Positions 48,633-59,031 of a stretch of 64,000 nucleotides of DNA are shown piece after piece. Source of the stretch: Giardia intestinalis (taxonomy: Eukaryota); the NCBI GenBank assembly GCA_000002435.2, contig CM018792.1. The stretch is one strand, 5' to 3'. The position numbers and the translations under genes are program-made. The notes under the pieces were generated by a model, which did not search any database, was not told where the DNA came from, and worked only from the letters and a program-made list of their open reading frames with translations. Every line of letters starts with the position of its first letter. Within the stretch, counting starts at the first letter, position 1.

Positions 48633-50978
48633 ATGATTGCGCAGTGGTTCAATGCCATCTCCGCTGGCGACGTAGACTTCATAGAGAGAAACAGGCGGAT
48701 GATGGTCAAGACCCGTGACCGACAAAGACGGACTGCGTTGATGTGTGCCGTAGAAATGGACAACACCTCTATCGCACAACTTCTTTTGGACGACGAGGCA
48801 AACGAGTGCGATTCTCTGAATCACAATGTTCTGACAGCTATCCTTGCAAGGCCATCGTGTTTTGATGAGGCATTCAAGCTGCAAATGAAAGCTCAAAGAA
48901 CTCTGCCTTGCTCGTCCACGCCAAGTTACGAAATGATCAAGCTCCTAGCATCTCGTCTAGCAATGTGTCCTGACCTATCGGGGGTCCTGCCGATTGTGTA
49001 CGCCATTGAGAACAAACATATAGAATATCTCCCCGCGCTTATAGAGCCTACTCGTCGGTTCCTCATGAAACACAGCGAGCAGCTTAGTGTATTAGTACCA
49101 GGATACACGGGGCTTATGCTGGGCTGCATTCTTGGTGACATCAATCTCTGCAATCGGCATTGCCACCAAGTGCGATCTACTAACTTGGCCGGACAGACAG
49201 CCCTAATGATTAGTGCCATGCTTGGCTTCCATCAAGGTATAGGCTTTCTTTTACAGCATGAGATGAGAATGCGTGACAAGTATGGGTTCACTGCTCTGAT
49301 GTACTCCGCGATGATAGGGGATACAGACTCAATACGTACGCTTGGCCCACAGGAAGGTGATATCGTTTCCTCGACTGGATGCACAACGTCCATGATCGCC
49401 GCATATCACGGGCATGTCAGCGTTGTCTCTGGTCTGCGGAACATAGGGCAATATCAGCGACGCACGGATAACGAAGGTCGATCTCTGCTTATGTACGCTA
49501 TGTTTGGAGTGCCCCCGCAACATCTTTCTAACATCATCCAAGAATATTGTGGGATGCAGGATAACCAAGGGAAGACAGCCTTAATGTACGCTGCCGAGCG
49601 GGACTATGCTGAGCTTTGCCGTTTTCTTCTGCATTCAGAAGCTGACATTGTTGATACTACGGGGAGATGTGCTCTTTCTTATGCTCTTCGCACTCGCTCC
49701 TTCAACACTGCAAGGGTCATCCTCGGGTATAGGAATCGAGAAGTGGAGGTTGATGACTGGTCTCCTCTTATGCTTTGGGTGCTTAGAGGCAATAGAGGAG
49801 ATGTAGCACCTGATGATGCAGTACTCCAATGCCACCTAGGTAAAGCAACAGCCGAGGGGACCACTGCGCTAATGCTCGCTGCCATGTTTGGACATCTAGA
49901 GGCGGCAAAGCTCCTCCTGAGGGAAGCATGCATGCAGGAGAGTGCTGAGATTGGCGGGAGGTCTGCGCTCATGTATGCTATCCAATTTGGCCATGCAGAT
50001 GTAGCTGCTCTGTTGGTGAGTATAGAGCACTCACTCTTTGACTCGCATGGGCAGACAGCCCTCATGTATACTGTTAGATACAGCATGCCACAAGTGCTCC
50101 AACTCTTGCTGCCGCACGAGCTCCATGGAAGGGATAGCAATGGCATGACGGCACTCATTCATGCAGCAAAGGCAGGTGATCCAAATGCTGTTTCTCTTCT
50201 TCAGGATGAAGCAGGTGATGCCGACAATGAAGGGAGGACAGCACTGATGTACGCCCTTGCATACGATCATCAAGGATGCTACCAGTTCCTTTTTCCGGCC
50301 GAAGGAAATGTTGTTGACAAGTTAGGTCAATCTGCTCTAATTTATTTCAAAAACAAGCGCTTAGTACATTCCCAAATCCATATGATAACCCCTTCCTTCT
50401 CCTCGACTAGTCCTCCGCTTGACGTACATTCCACACCTCCCGTCTTTAAAACAGAGATACGGACCTTTAACAATAAGAAGGGCTCATTCTGTCACTTGAA
50501 TAGCCGTCCAGCTCCCATTTCCTTACCTAACATCGTTGTCCCTCCGATGAACTGCATAACTGATATCCTCAAGATGAACATTTTGGCGGAAACGGCGGAG
50601 CGAAACAGTTTTACGGAGTATCCATGGTCAGGAGCGCGGGCAATCCAGCTTCTATTGTTCCTCATGCAGCTGAAAAGCGTGGCTAATACCAAAGGCGAGG
50701 TTTCCAGTCAAACCCCCAATTCAGAGATGGAAGCAATCGCATCAGAAAATCTCTTTAGCGAGTCACTGACTCAATATCCTATCAAGTCGATAACTCCACA
50801 AGTTCGCCGAAAGAGCAACAAACTGCAGGTTGCGCAAAAGGAGCACGTCCCAAATATAGTGCTCTACCCATGCCAGCACTTTGTCTACACCCCAGTAAGC
50901 CCTGAGCTCCTGGATACACCACTACTTTGTCCAAAATGTCAGGCCCACGTTAAAAGCTACGATTGCTCTTCTAATTAG
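48633..50978 (+). CDS. Ankyrin-repeat protein (Giardia protein 21.1 family)
   Basis: More than 15 ankyrin units (TALMCAV.., TALMISAMLGFHQGIGFLL, TALMYAAERDYAELCRFLL, TALMLAAMFGHLEAAKLLL ...) and a C-terminal CPKCQAH..C segment. Confidence 0.8.
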   Translation: MIAQWFNAISAGDVDFIERNRRMMVKTRDRQRRTALMCAVEMDNTSIAQLLLDDEANECDSLNHNVLTAILARPSCFDEAFKLQMKAQRTLPCSSTPSYEMIKLLASRLAMCPDLSGVLPIVYAIENKHIEYLPALIEPTRRFLMKHSEQLSVLVPGYTGLMLGCILGDINLCNRHCHQVRSTNLAGQTALMISAMLGFHQGIGFLLQHEMRMRDKYGFTALMYSAMIGDTDSIRTLGPQEGDIVSSTGCTTSMIAAYHGHVSVVSGLRNIGQYQRRTDNEGRSLLMYAMFGVPPQHLSNIIQEYCGMQDNQGKTALMYAAERDYAELCRFLLHSEADIVDTTGRCALSYALRTRSFNTARVILGYRNREVEVDDWSPLMLWVLRGNRGDVAPDDAVLQCHLGKATAEGTTALMLAAMFGHLEAAKLLLREACMQESAEIGGRSALMYAIQFGHADVAALLVSIEHSLFDSHGQTALMYTVRYSMPQVLQLLLPHELHGRDSNGMTALIHAAKAGDPNAVSLLQDEAGDADNEGRTALMYALAYDHQGCYQFLFPAEGNVVDKLGQSALIYFKNKRLVHSQIHMITPSFSSTSPPLDVHSTPPVFKTEIRTFNNKKGSFCHLNSRPAPISLPNIVVPPMNCITDILKMNILAETAERNSFTEYPWSGARAIQLLLFLMQLKSVANTKGEVSSQTPNSEMEAIASENLFSESLTQYPIKSITPQVRRKSNKLQVAQKEHVPNIVLYPCQHFVYTPVSPELLDTPLLCPKCQAHVKSYDCSSN

Positions 50979-51022
50979 CCTGCACGAACAATCTAAGGTG
51001 AATAAAAAGATTCATAATTGTA

Positions 51023-52231
51023 ATGAAATCAGGTTCTGGCCTTCCTCCCTGTCCTTTATTCTTCCAGGATGGCCGCGTGGCAGGGAAATATCTGCGTTAT
51101 ACAGTAGCACCCATTATCCTTGTCGCGGGGGCTCCACTCGTTTTAGTCCGCCTTTTCTTAGCTATTCTGGGATCTATCGTCTTCGTCGCTTTAGCTTTCC
51201 TCGTCAACCTGGGGACTGATGCAGCCAAGCCTCTTCCTCGCGCACGAGACAAGTTCTGTGTTGGGCTCTTTCATTGGTATAGTCTTTACATTTCAGTTGT
51301 TACGGGTTACTTTTACACGGTGAAAAATGAGCAGCTGTCACACCACAAGGATGCACCGGTTGTTGTGGCCAACCATTCTTCGATAATGGACGCCTTCACC
51401 TTTTCGCTCAAATGCTTCGGGCATCCCGTTGGCAAGGAAGGGGTTCTAAACAACTGGGCCATACGGCAGATATTCCTCGCCGCTAGAGTTGTGATTGTTA
51501 GGCGTCCTCCGTCGGCCGAGATGCGTGAGCTACTCCAGCTCTATACGTCCCCGAGTGCCTCCGAAGCTGAGATCATATCCCTCAATCCGCAAGATGAGAA
51601 CATCCCTGCGCGTGATGCGGAGAAGATTGCAAAGTATCAGAAGCTGCTTGAGAGGCGCAAGGCGTTTGGAATCGCTGGTACATCTGAGATCCTGTGGAAC
51701 CGCGTCCACGATAGCGAGAACGAGTGGAAGCAAATCGTCCTATTTCCTGAAGGAACAGTCACTCCAGCCAGTTGTTTTACCAGGTTTAAAACAGGCGCCT
51801 TCCGCCTAAACGTCCCAGTTCAACCAGTGACGGTGCGGTACCGCAGCATCCTATCGACATGTTGGCTTTCAGACAGTGTTCTATTCAATCTGTATAAGAT
51901 TCTTGCCAATCCTGTGACACTCGTTGAAATGGAGTTTCACGAACCAATGTCGCGCGCAAGTGAGGAGACTCCGCGAGCTTTTGCAGATAGGGTTGGCAAA
52001 TATATGGCAGATGCGCTTGGAGCCGTTTATACCAACTATACAAACGATGACATGCTCTATTTCTATGGATACAAGAACATATCTGCATGCACAGAGGATT
52101 GGATCCGCGACTATGGGTGGATGCAACGTCTGACCGACTTTTCTGCACGCTTCGGCATCAACCCTAACTTCGGGATAGACCAGGAATTTGTTGATAAGTG
52201 CTACTTACAGCATCTTAAAGAGAAGAAGTAA
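51023..52231 (+). CDS. Lysophospholipid / 1-acylglycerol-3-phosphate acyltransferase family membrane protein
   Basis: Acyltransferase motif I VVANHSSIMDAF (HxxxxD) and motif III VLFPEGTVT (FPEGT). N-terminal TM helices are present. AGTAAAT overlaps the stop. Confidence 0.8.
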   Translation: MKSGSGLPPCPLFFQDGRVAGKYLRYTVAPIILVAGAPLVLVRLFLAILGSIVFVALAFLVNLGTDAAKPLPRARDKFCVGLFHWYSLYISVVTGYFYTVKNEQLSHHKDAPVVVANHSSIMDAFTFSLKCFGHPVGKEGVLNNWAIRQIFLAARVVIVRRPPSAEMRELLQLYTSPSASEAEIISLNPQDENIPARDAEKIAKYQKLLERRKAFGIAGTSEILWNRVHDSENEWKQIVLFPEGTVTPASCFTRFKTGAFRLNVPVQPVTVRYRSILSTCWLSDSVLFNLYKILANPVTLVEMEFHEPMSRASEETPRAFADRVGKYMADALGAVYTNYTNDDMLYFYGYKNISACTEDWIRDYGWMQRLTDFSARFGINPNFGIDQEFVDKCYLQHLKEKK

Positions 52232-52253
52232 ATTTACAACATATGGTATCTGC

Positions 52254-55067
52254 TCACTTCTTAACGACGCGTACCTGAGAGTTCTCCACAGCAGACGATC
52301 CCAGCTCAGGTGCATGGGCTGACACAGGGTAACGAGGGATAACGGTTTCACCCAGAAATGTAACTGTATCAAAGGACGCACGAATCTCTTGGCTAAGCAA
52401 GCCATAGACTGCAGGGCTTGGAATCTTGATGTCCACCTTCACGACCATCTGGTCCCAATCAAGGTCATCTCCGCCTCGCAGGTATGTAACATATCGTATG
52501 GTAGAGTAGTATTTCAAGGCAATCTTGCTGAGCTTTGCAAGGCTGCCATATGTGTCTGCCTGTCTGATCTCAACGCTGAGCATCCTCCCTAGAGCAATGA
52601 GTCCGTAGTTATAGATCTGTCTGACTCTAGTGAGGTCGATATTGCCACCACACAGAACGACAGCTATGTTCTCACGCTCAGCAAGGGTCAGCTTGTCATA
52701 CATCAGGGCCGCAATACCCATTGCTCCGGCGCCCTCGCAGAGCGTCCCTGTCGTGATAAGAGCATGAACAACCGCACTGGCGATCTCGTTCTCAGTCACC
52801 GAAATGAACTCGTCAACGTAGTTCTTGAGGACATCGTTGTGGATTCCTCCAAGAACCTTGACATTGCAGCCATCTGCTATTGTTCCAGCCGTTTTGTCAA
52901 CAGGGACAAGCTGGCCACTCTCTTTGTAGTTGCGGAGAGGAAACACCTTCTCTGCTTGGATCCCTGTGATCTTGATATTTGGATTGACTCTCTTAGCGTA
53001 AAGGGAGATTCCTGAAATCATACCGCCTCCTCCAATATTGACCAGGATGCGGTCAATGGAGGAAACGTGCCCTTGCCCGACCATCTTGTTCATCAGTTCG
53101 TGAGCAATTGTTCCTTGGCCCTCAATGACGTCGAACGAGTTATAGGGCGGGATAAACATCCAGCCGCGCTTCTCACAGAGTTCCTGGGAATACTTGCTTG
53201 CCTCATCGAAGACAGCACCGTGCTTAATCACTTCGGCGTTGTATCGCTTTGTGTTAACCAATTTGACAGTCGGAGCCGTCTCAGGGCAAACTATTGTGCA
53301 GCGAATACCCAACAAGTCACTTGTCTTGCTGACTCCCTGGGCGTGGTTTCCTGCAGAGCATGCCACAACCCCAGAGATCTCAGTATTATTGCTCTCGGCC
53401 CACTCCTTGCTCTTAATGAGCATATTGCTCGCCCCGCGGATCTTAAACGAGCCCGTCTGCTGAACATTTTCAAACTGGAGAATAACGGTGTGGTCAACGC
53501 CTGTCTTCTTCTGCAAAATATTGCTGTACGCCTTGGAGATGATGCAGGGGGTCTCGTGTATGGCTTTAGCTGCCTGAAGCTTGTTGTAAGCAAGCTCAAT
53601 AGTTGCCGGCGTTATCTCATCACACGACTTGATGGGGGAAACATATGTTCTGATGGGCTCGCCACTGGACGAAGCTCCCTCATTGAACTCCTCATAGGAG
53701 ACATCGCGCAGCCCCTCCTCCTTTATATTGTACTTAGGGATCGCCAACCCCAGGATGTTCTCATCACCGAAGACCTCGGACAACTCATTGTACAAAGAAA
53801 CTAAGTGCTGGTAGCCAGGGCCCGAGGCCTTGATAGAGACCTGCTGGTGTTGTATAGTCTTTACGTGAAAGCTAAGAATATTAATCGAGTGCTTGGAGAG
53901 GATATCTGTCAAACGGGTCATGAGATTCCCATCAAGTGTGTTGAGCTTGACAACGAAGTTCATGAGCTCTCCAGACTGGATTAGGGCATGCATCAAGGAG
54001 TATTCAATATTTGATGCAATGTCTATTTCCTCAAGAGAGGCAGAGACCGCCCCTGTGATGAAGCATAGTACGTTTGGTGTCGGGTTAAATCTTCTGAAAC
54101 CGGTCGTTCGCAGAAGCAGGGCTGTGAATGCCTCCACGTGGACATTTGTGCTGATGCAGTGAGTGGTAGACAGGAACTTGTAAAAACCTAGATGAACCAT
54201 GTCCTGGTCAACAAGCGCTGTGCTATATGGGAAGCCGCGAAGCTCTTCCTGGGACACGGAGTTGACGAGCTCGTTGTACTGATTCTCAATGAGTTTCTTG
54301 AAGTACTTAACCGTATCTATCTCATTGTAGAGGGCATCGAACGCGGCTTTGACAATAGGGTGCGTCTCACCAAAGATGCAATTGGCAAAGAACTGCTCGT
54401 GGGTAACACTGTCGCGCACAGTTTGGACCCATACGTGTGGATCCATTGCAGGGATGTGCTTAAGGTGCACGAGAGTGAGATCGCCACTGAATGCGATCTT
54501 CTTGTAATACTCAAGGCAGTACGTTGCAAAGTCGTTTCTGCGATAGAGCATGACGTTCTGAGGGATCACTACTTGGTGAACTATGTCTACCTCGTTGGCC
54601 ATCTGCGCATGCGTTGCATCAAGCATAAGCCATATGGCCTCACGGAAGTGGTCACTTATGTGAACAACCTTTTCCACCACGATATCTGCGACATAGTTGT
54701 CCAGATCAGCTCCGAGCTCGTGACATGCATAGGCGACAAACGCATATGCAAAGTTGGTGAGCAGGCCCGGGGCAAACTGAACACTTATTCTATAGTGAAG
54801 GCTGGCGGCTGCACCAACGAGCGGTATCAGCAAAGGAAAAGCCTTGTAGTTAGTCACCTTGAAACATATGCTCTTACTCTTGTCCCACCCTGTAATCTTT
54901 CCAATTGAGTATGCATAGCAACGATAAGCAATATCCATGTTGCTGCTCATATTCTCCATCTTTAGGTACACTTTGCAGCCCATGTCTCTATCCAGGAGCG
55001 GGAAGTTGTAAACAGGAGGCTCCCCCATGTTGAGGAAAGAGAGGAACTCCTGCATGGTGATAGTCAT
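52254..55067 (-). CDS. Threonine/serine dehydratase (PLP-dependent, fold type II) with a C-terminal ACT-like regulatory region and a roughly 480-aa N-terminal extension of unknown function
   Basis: Residues about 480-830 contain ..FENVQQTGSFKIRGA.. (PLP-Lys motif), SAGNHAQGV and the glycine-rich GGGGMISG loop of threonine dehydratase. The N-terminal half has no recognisable catalytic residues but carries a TD-like opening (GCKVYLKMEN). Confidence 0.85.
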   Translation of the reverse strand: MTITMQEFLSFLNMGEPPVYNFPLLDRDMGCKVYLKMENMSSNMDIAYRCYAYSIGKITGWDKSKSICFKVTNYKAFPLLIPLVGAAASLHYRISVQFAPGLLTNFAYAFVAYACHELGADLDNYVADIVVEKVVHISDHFREAIWLMLDATHAQMANEVDIVHQVVIPQNVMLYRRNDFATYCLEYYKKIAFSGDLTLVHLKHIPAMDPHVWVQTVRDSVTHEQFFANCIFGETHPIVKAAFDALYNEIDTVKYFKKLIENQYNELVNSVSQEELRGFPYSTALVDQDMVHLGFYKFLSTTHCISTNVHVEAFTALLLRTTGFRRFNPTPNVLCFITGAVSASLEEIDIASNIEYSLMHALIQSGELMNFVVKLNTLDGNLMTRLTDILSKHSINILSFHVKTIQHQQVSIKASGPGYQHLVSLYNELSEVFGDENILGLAIPKYNIKEEGLRDVSYEEFNEGASSSGEPIRTYVSPIKSCDEITPATIELAYNKLQAAKAIHETPCIISKAYSNILQKKTGVDHTVILQFENVQQTGSFKIRGASNMLIKSKEWAESNNTEISGVVACSAGNHAQGVSKTSDLLGIRCTIVCPETAPTVKLVNTKRYNAEVIKHGAVFDEASKYSQELCEKRGWMFIPPYNSFDVIEGQGTIAHELMNKMVGQGHVSSIDRILVNIGGGGMISGISLYAKRVNPNIKITGIQAEKVFPLRNYKESGQLVPVDKTAGTIADGCNVKVLGGIHNDVLKNYVDEFISVTENEIASAVVHALITTGTLCEGAGAMGIAALMYDKLTLAERENIAVVLCGGNIDLTRVRQIYNYGLIALGRMLSVEIRQADTYGSLAKLSKIALKYYSTIRYVTYLRGGDDLDWDQMVVKVDIKIPSPAVYGLLSQEIRASFDTVTFLGETVIPRYPVSAHAPELGSSAVENSQVRVVKK

Positions 55068-55343
55068 TAGTTTAAAAATAGCAATCTGAAAATTATTGAC
55101 TGCTTTTTTGAAAATAAGCGTCTAAAGGGCGAGCAGATCGGCGATACAAAGAGCGGTTAAAACACAGCGACGCAGCGACACAGAGAATCCTGTCAAGGAC
55201 AAGGCGGCTCTGCAAGAGCTGTGGAAACCTTCGAGTGCCCCTTCAAATGTATGGGAATAAGTCTGGAAATATGAAAAGTGAAAAGTTGGCCAAAAGCTAC
55301 TGAAAATCCAAAAATCTGCTGCATCTTCGCTGGGTAGAAGTGG

Positions 55344-57209
55344 ATGCAAACAAACCTTTCTCAGTCGTCGAGGGTTAGATTTGCAGAGCAGTACAACGAC
55401 GAGATTGAAGAGTGCAGAGAGGAGAAGCAAATAGAACAAAGTGAGGCCTCACGAGGAACGGAGTCCGAGTCGATCGCAGCTACATTTCGCATCACTGTAG
55501 GAAGAGACACCGAGCCACTGACAGATGACAAACCAGAGAAATCCGAAAACAGCGCGTATGGGAAGCTTTTACGCGCGCTTTGTGACAATGCCCCGCTCTC
55601 TGAGTCTGGACACAGCGCAACCGATCGTGAGTGTGTTTCAACTCTGATCGGTGGGATTATTCCCGAGATAGAAGGAATGGTGTTCGTCAGAACTCTCGAC
55701 GAATTCTTATCCCAGTTTTCGGTCATTGGAGACGCGACTAAGAAGGTGGCTGCGTTAGCATCAGAGATGGAATCTAAGCAAGTACTTATCCCACCTAGCC
55801 CGCTGGAGCTGTTGCACAACATGAATGTCAATTATGAGGAAAATAAGGTCTATGTGAAGCCCTCCAATCTCATGGAAAATTCAGTTATCAACCAGTCAAT
55901 TTCTGTGCTCAACAAGTCTGGCCTTATGGCCCCAAAATCGTCGTCTTCTAAGGGAGATCACGTGCCGAAAGTCAACTTCTTAGCCAGTGCAGATCTTTCC
56001 TGTTACACTAAGATTCTTGCGGACCTTGTCTCCAGGTACGGGTCTCAAACGGGATACAAGCCCATTCTTCCCCCGAGAATGAAGGCTGAGGCCGTTGTGG
56101 AGATGGCAGCCATGATAGAGAAGCTCATTCCCCGCGAAGCCATGGGGATGACCCTCCTGGTCACCGATGTTGAGAAGATGTTCACTACCCTACGCATATT
56201 ACCTCGATATGTTAAGCAAACAGATATCGCACCCCTCTTCAAGAAGGCCGTAGCAGTGCAGCAGAAGGTTCTTCTAGGCTATCCCATATATGCTCCAGAA
56301 AGCAAGATGTTTGCTCTGTACAAGGCCCAAAACATCTCTGAAGGAAGTGCCCGTATGCGCACAGCAATGAACATCACTAGGATATGCTATATAGGCTTTG
56401 TGTACCTACTATACTATCTGGCCGAGGACATATTCAACCGTACGCACAAGCTGAGTAACCGTGCGGACATTTTACAGGGGCAGCTATCGGCCCCGGGGAC
56501 CTATGATGTCCATGAGGCAGCAGAACAGCTTATGTCGAAGCAGCTGAAAGCGAAAAGAAAAGCAATGGCCACTCAGTCAAATGCACCTGACGAGCAAGAC
56601 GGAGCCGCGAGCTTTTCGCACTCTAATACTAGTGAGTTAACCAAGTCATCTCGGTGCGACGTAGAAGACATAGAACATCCCTACGAGCGGTTCAGAGCCC
56701 CAGACAACATTGTTGAGCTAGAGGTCTTTAGACCAGCGGCCTATCTTTGGCGCTGCATTTATATCTTCGCAAGTCTGCTGGACAGAGAGCTCTCCTCTCC
56801 AGATATTGGCTTTGGCCTGGCAATACCTCGTCCTCGCTTGACTCCAAACCTCCGCGAATATCCAGAGTGCATTCGCGTGATGACCCGGCACGTTCCCATC
56901 ATAAAGAAAGCATACACCAACTACTGTCTCAACAGCCCTGTTCTCAGCTGCCAAGGTCTCTTACAGCTTTTAAAGTGTGCCAAGATCAACCACATCATCA
57001 CTTATAAATTTGCGTTTGAAGTGGTGATGCGGAACTACTCCAAAATTGACAAAGAGACATATATCCCTGGCTTGACTATAGAGGAGTTCCTGGTTGCCCT
57101 TTTTGTCTGTGCGAACTATGCATACTCTAAAGAGCCTATTGTCCAGACTCTTCAGACTCCGGAAATGCGCGTGGAGCACCTTATCCTGCAACTCTCTGGG
57201 AAAAGCTAA
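55344..57209 (+). CDS. Hypothetical protein (621-aa ORF; the true start may be downstream)
   Basis: Long ORF with an AGTAAC poly(A) signal right after the stop. No AT-rich initiator sits immediately before the first ATG. I recognise no homolog. Confidence 0.5.
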   Translation: MQTNLSQSSRVRFAEQYNDEIEECREEKQIEQSEASRGTESESIAATFRITVGRDTEPLTDDKPEKSENSAYGKLLRALCDNAPLSESGHSATDRECVSTLIGGIIPEIEGMVFVRTLDEFLSQFSVIGDATKKVAALASEMESKQVLIPPSPLELLHNMNVNYEENKVYVKPSNLMENSVINQSISVLNKSGLMAPKSSSSKGDHVPKVNFLASADLSCYTKILADLVSRYGSQTGYKPILPPRMKAEAVVEMAAMIEKLIPREAMGMTLLVTDVEKMFTTLRILPRYVKQTDIAPLFKKAVAVQQKVLLGYPIYAPESKMFALYKAQNISEGSARMRTAMNITRICYIGFVYLLYYLAEDIFNRTHKLSNRADILQGQLSAPGTYDVHEAAEQLMSKQLKAKRKAMATQSNAPDEQDGAASFSHSNTSELTKSSRCDVEDIEHPYERFRAPDNIVELEVFRPAAYLWRCIYIFASLLDRELSSPDIGFGLAIPRPRLTPNLREYPECIRVMTRHVPIIKKAYTNYCLNSPVLSCQGLLQLLKCAKINHIITYKFAFEVVMRNYSKIDKETYIPGLTIEEFLVALFVCANYAYSKEPIVQTLQTPEMRVEHLILQLSGKS

Positions 57210-57752
57210 GTAACACACTGATAGTAAAGAGCCAAAGTTTATTAGTTCTGCTCCCTTCCCTCTTGTTATACTATGTCCAACAATTCACAGTGGTGAGGGA
57301 GCGGGCTCACTGCCACATACAATCTTGAACAATCTTTGACTAGCAAATTTGTTAAAATTATAAAAGCCTAAATTTAAAATGAGGGTAGAATACTCGATTA
57401 CCAACAAAGAACAGGCAGAGCTTTAACCAAGCATATGTTCAGAAGTTGGTTGCTCACCCTTCTGATTCTACTAAGAAAGAACTTCAGGAAAAGACTATTC
57501 TCATGTATCCAATGAAGGCAGATAATGGGGATATTGCTAATGTTCTTATGAATCAAGGAAAGGGACTGACAAGTAAGCATGGGAGAATCGTTCTTTAGAG
57601 TTACACAAGATTGCCTGATTGTACTGATCAGTCCAGACAAACCCTTGAAATACTGATTCTTATGTTAAAAGCTACGGAGCGAGGGACAGGGGCCCTTCAT
57701 CCGGGCAACAACGCGGTCCCGTGAGAGAAGCAATCCAGAAAGATTCACTCAC

Positions 57753-58961
57753 CTAGTGCCAAGTCTCCCCATCGATGGTTTTCCCATAGACCTGACCATT
57801 GTGGACGATGTCGGTCTCCTCGTTCCAGTACCAGACGTCCACAAGGAGCTTCTTGTCTTCCTCGTTGTCGAGGTCGAGCTTCGTGAACTCAAAGCTTGCC
57901 GACCCGCCGCACTCGGTGATCTCCGCTGGAACCGTGTCCAGAGGGAAGAGGAATACGCCAATGATGTTGATGCGCTTGTCATCGGTGCCCGTGACAAGGA
58001 CGTTGCCGAAGGTGTGTCTATCTGCCTTCTCGCCCCTGAGGCGCTGGAGCCAAACCGTGATGAGGTTCTTGACTTTCCAGTCCTCTTCCAACTTCGATGG
58101 ATCGTAGTACGTGCACTTCCAAAGACTATACTCCTTCGGGTCGTAGTGCTCGAAGAAGTACGGCTCCCACTTCTCCTTGTTGTCCCAGTCGAGGTTCTTG
58201 TAGTGCTTCTTCCAAGCATACATGTCGAACTTCAGAGCTGCATACGGGTCTTCTTTCTTCGGGGCAGCAGGGGCCTCCTGCGCATCCTCCTCCGACTTGG
58301 CTTTCTTGCCGGCATCGTGGCAGGACCCAGGAGGCGGGAGAGCCTTAGCTTCTTCGGGACTCTTCGGAATAGAATGGCTAGCGTGGTTGAGTTTTGGAAC
58401 GACTGACGAGACGCCAGAGAGGGCCTGCACGGTATTGAGCCACCTGGTCAGGTTGACAAATGCACTGACTTCTTCCTTGGTAAATACTGCCCCATAAACC
58501 GGGACGAGGGCTCCGAACATAGCAAAGTCTGCGATAGTCGGCCTTTCGGTGACTAGGAAAGTGCGGGTCAGGAAGTAATTATTGATGCATGTCAGGTTCT
58601 GCTTGACCATTTCGAGAGCCCTGGCATGTGCCTTGGCGTTGTAGCCGGGGATGTTTGAGGGACAATAGACCGTCGCCACCAGTCCGGCACAAAGGTACTG
58701 GATGCGGGCAGCCGCGGCCACGAACTGGTCGACGCGCGCTTCCTCCTCGGGTGTCACACCACAGAGGCTGGCGACCTTGCCGTACTTGCGAGCAAGATAC
58801 TTCAGCATACCAGCAATCTGCTTGACCTGGAAGTCCTTAGTGATGAGAGTAGGGACGTTACAGCCACAGGGGGTCTTCTCTGCGGTCTCAAACTTACAAC
58901 CGAGGTACGCCGCAAAGGCGCGGGGGCCGACCGTGCTGCACTGACTGCCTGTGATCTGCAT
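57753..58961 (-). CDS. EEF1G: Translation elongation factor 1-gamma (eEF1B-gamma): GST-like N-domain plus EF1G C-domain
   Basis: The C-domain DPYAALKFDMYAWKKHYKNLDW..EPYFFEHYDPKEYSLWKCTYYDPSKLEEDWKVKNLITVWLQRLRGEKADRHTFGNVLVTGTDD..IGVFLF is collinear with human EEF1G ([56 protein letters not shown]). Confidence 0.9.
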   Translation of the reverse strand: MQITGSQCSTVGPRAFAAYLGCKFETAEKTPCGCNVPTLITKDFQVKQIAGMLKYLARKYGKVASLCGVTPEEEARVDQFVAAAARIQYLCAGLVATVYCPSNIPGYNAKAHARALEMVKQNLTCINNYFLTRTFLVTERPTIADFAMFGALVPVYGAVFTKEEVSAFVNLTRWLNTVQALSGVSSVVPKLNHASHSIPKSPEEAKALPPPGSCHDAGKKAKSEEDAQEAPAAPKKEDPYAALKFDMYAWKKHYKNLDWDNKEKWEPYFFEHYDPKEYSLWKCTYYDPSKLEEDWKVKNLITVWLQRLRGEKADRHTFGNVLVTGTDDKRINIIGVFLFPLDTVPAEITECGGSASFEFTKLDLDNEEDKKLLVDVWYWNEETDIVHNGQVYGKTIDGETWH

Positions 58962-59031
58962 TTATTTGAGTTGTTTAAGATCATTGAAATCAGATTTAAA
59001 TTAGTTTCATAAAGCGTTGCTTGGGAAGGGG

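Noticed and set aside
48600-48660. Possible Giardia-type intron (ACTAAC branch-like motif ...CAG) just upstream of the ankyrin gene start
   Set aside because: No GTATGT 5' splice site is nearby, and the distance between ACTAAC and AG is longer than in the fused Giardia branch/3' splice-site consensus. It is an ordinary AT-rich initiator.
57756-58406. 216-aa plus-strand ORF antisense to EF-1 gamma, and 156-aa ORF 57749..58219
   Set aside because: They overlap the strongly conserved EEF1G CDS. Low-complexity Arg/Thr/Ser-rich products indicate the wrong frame or strand.
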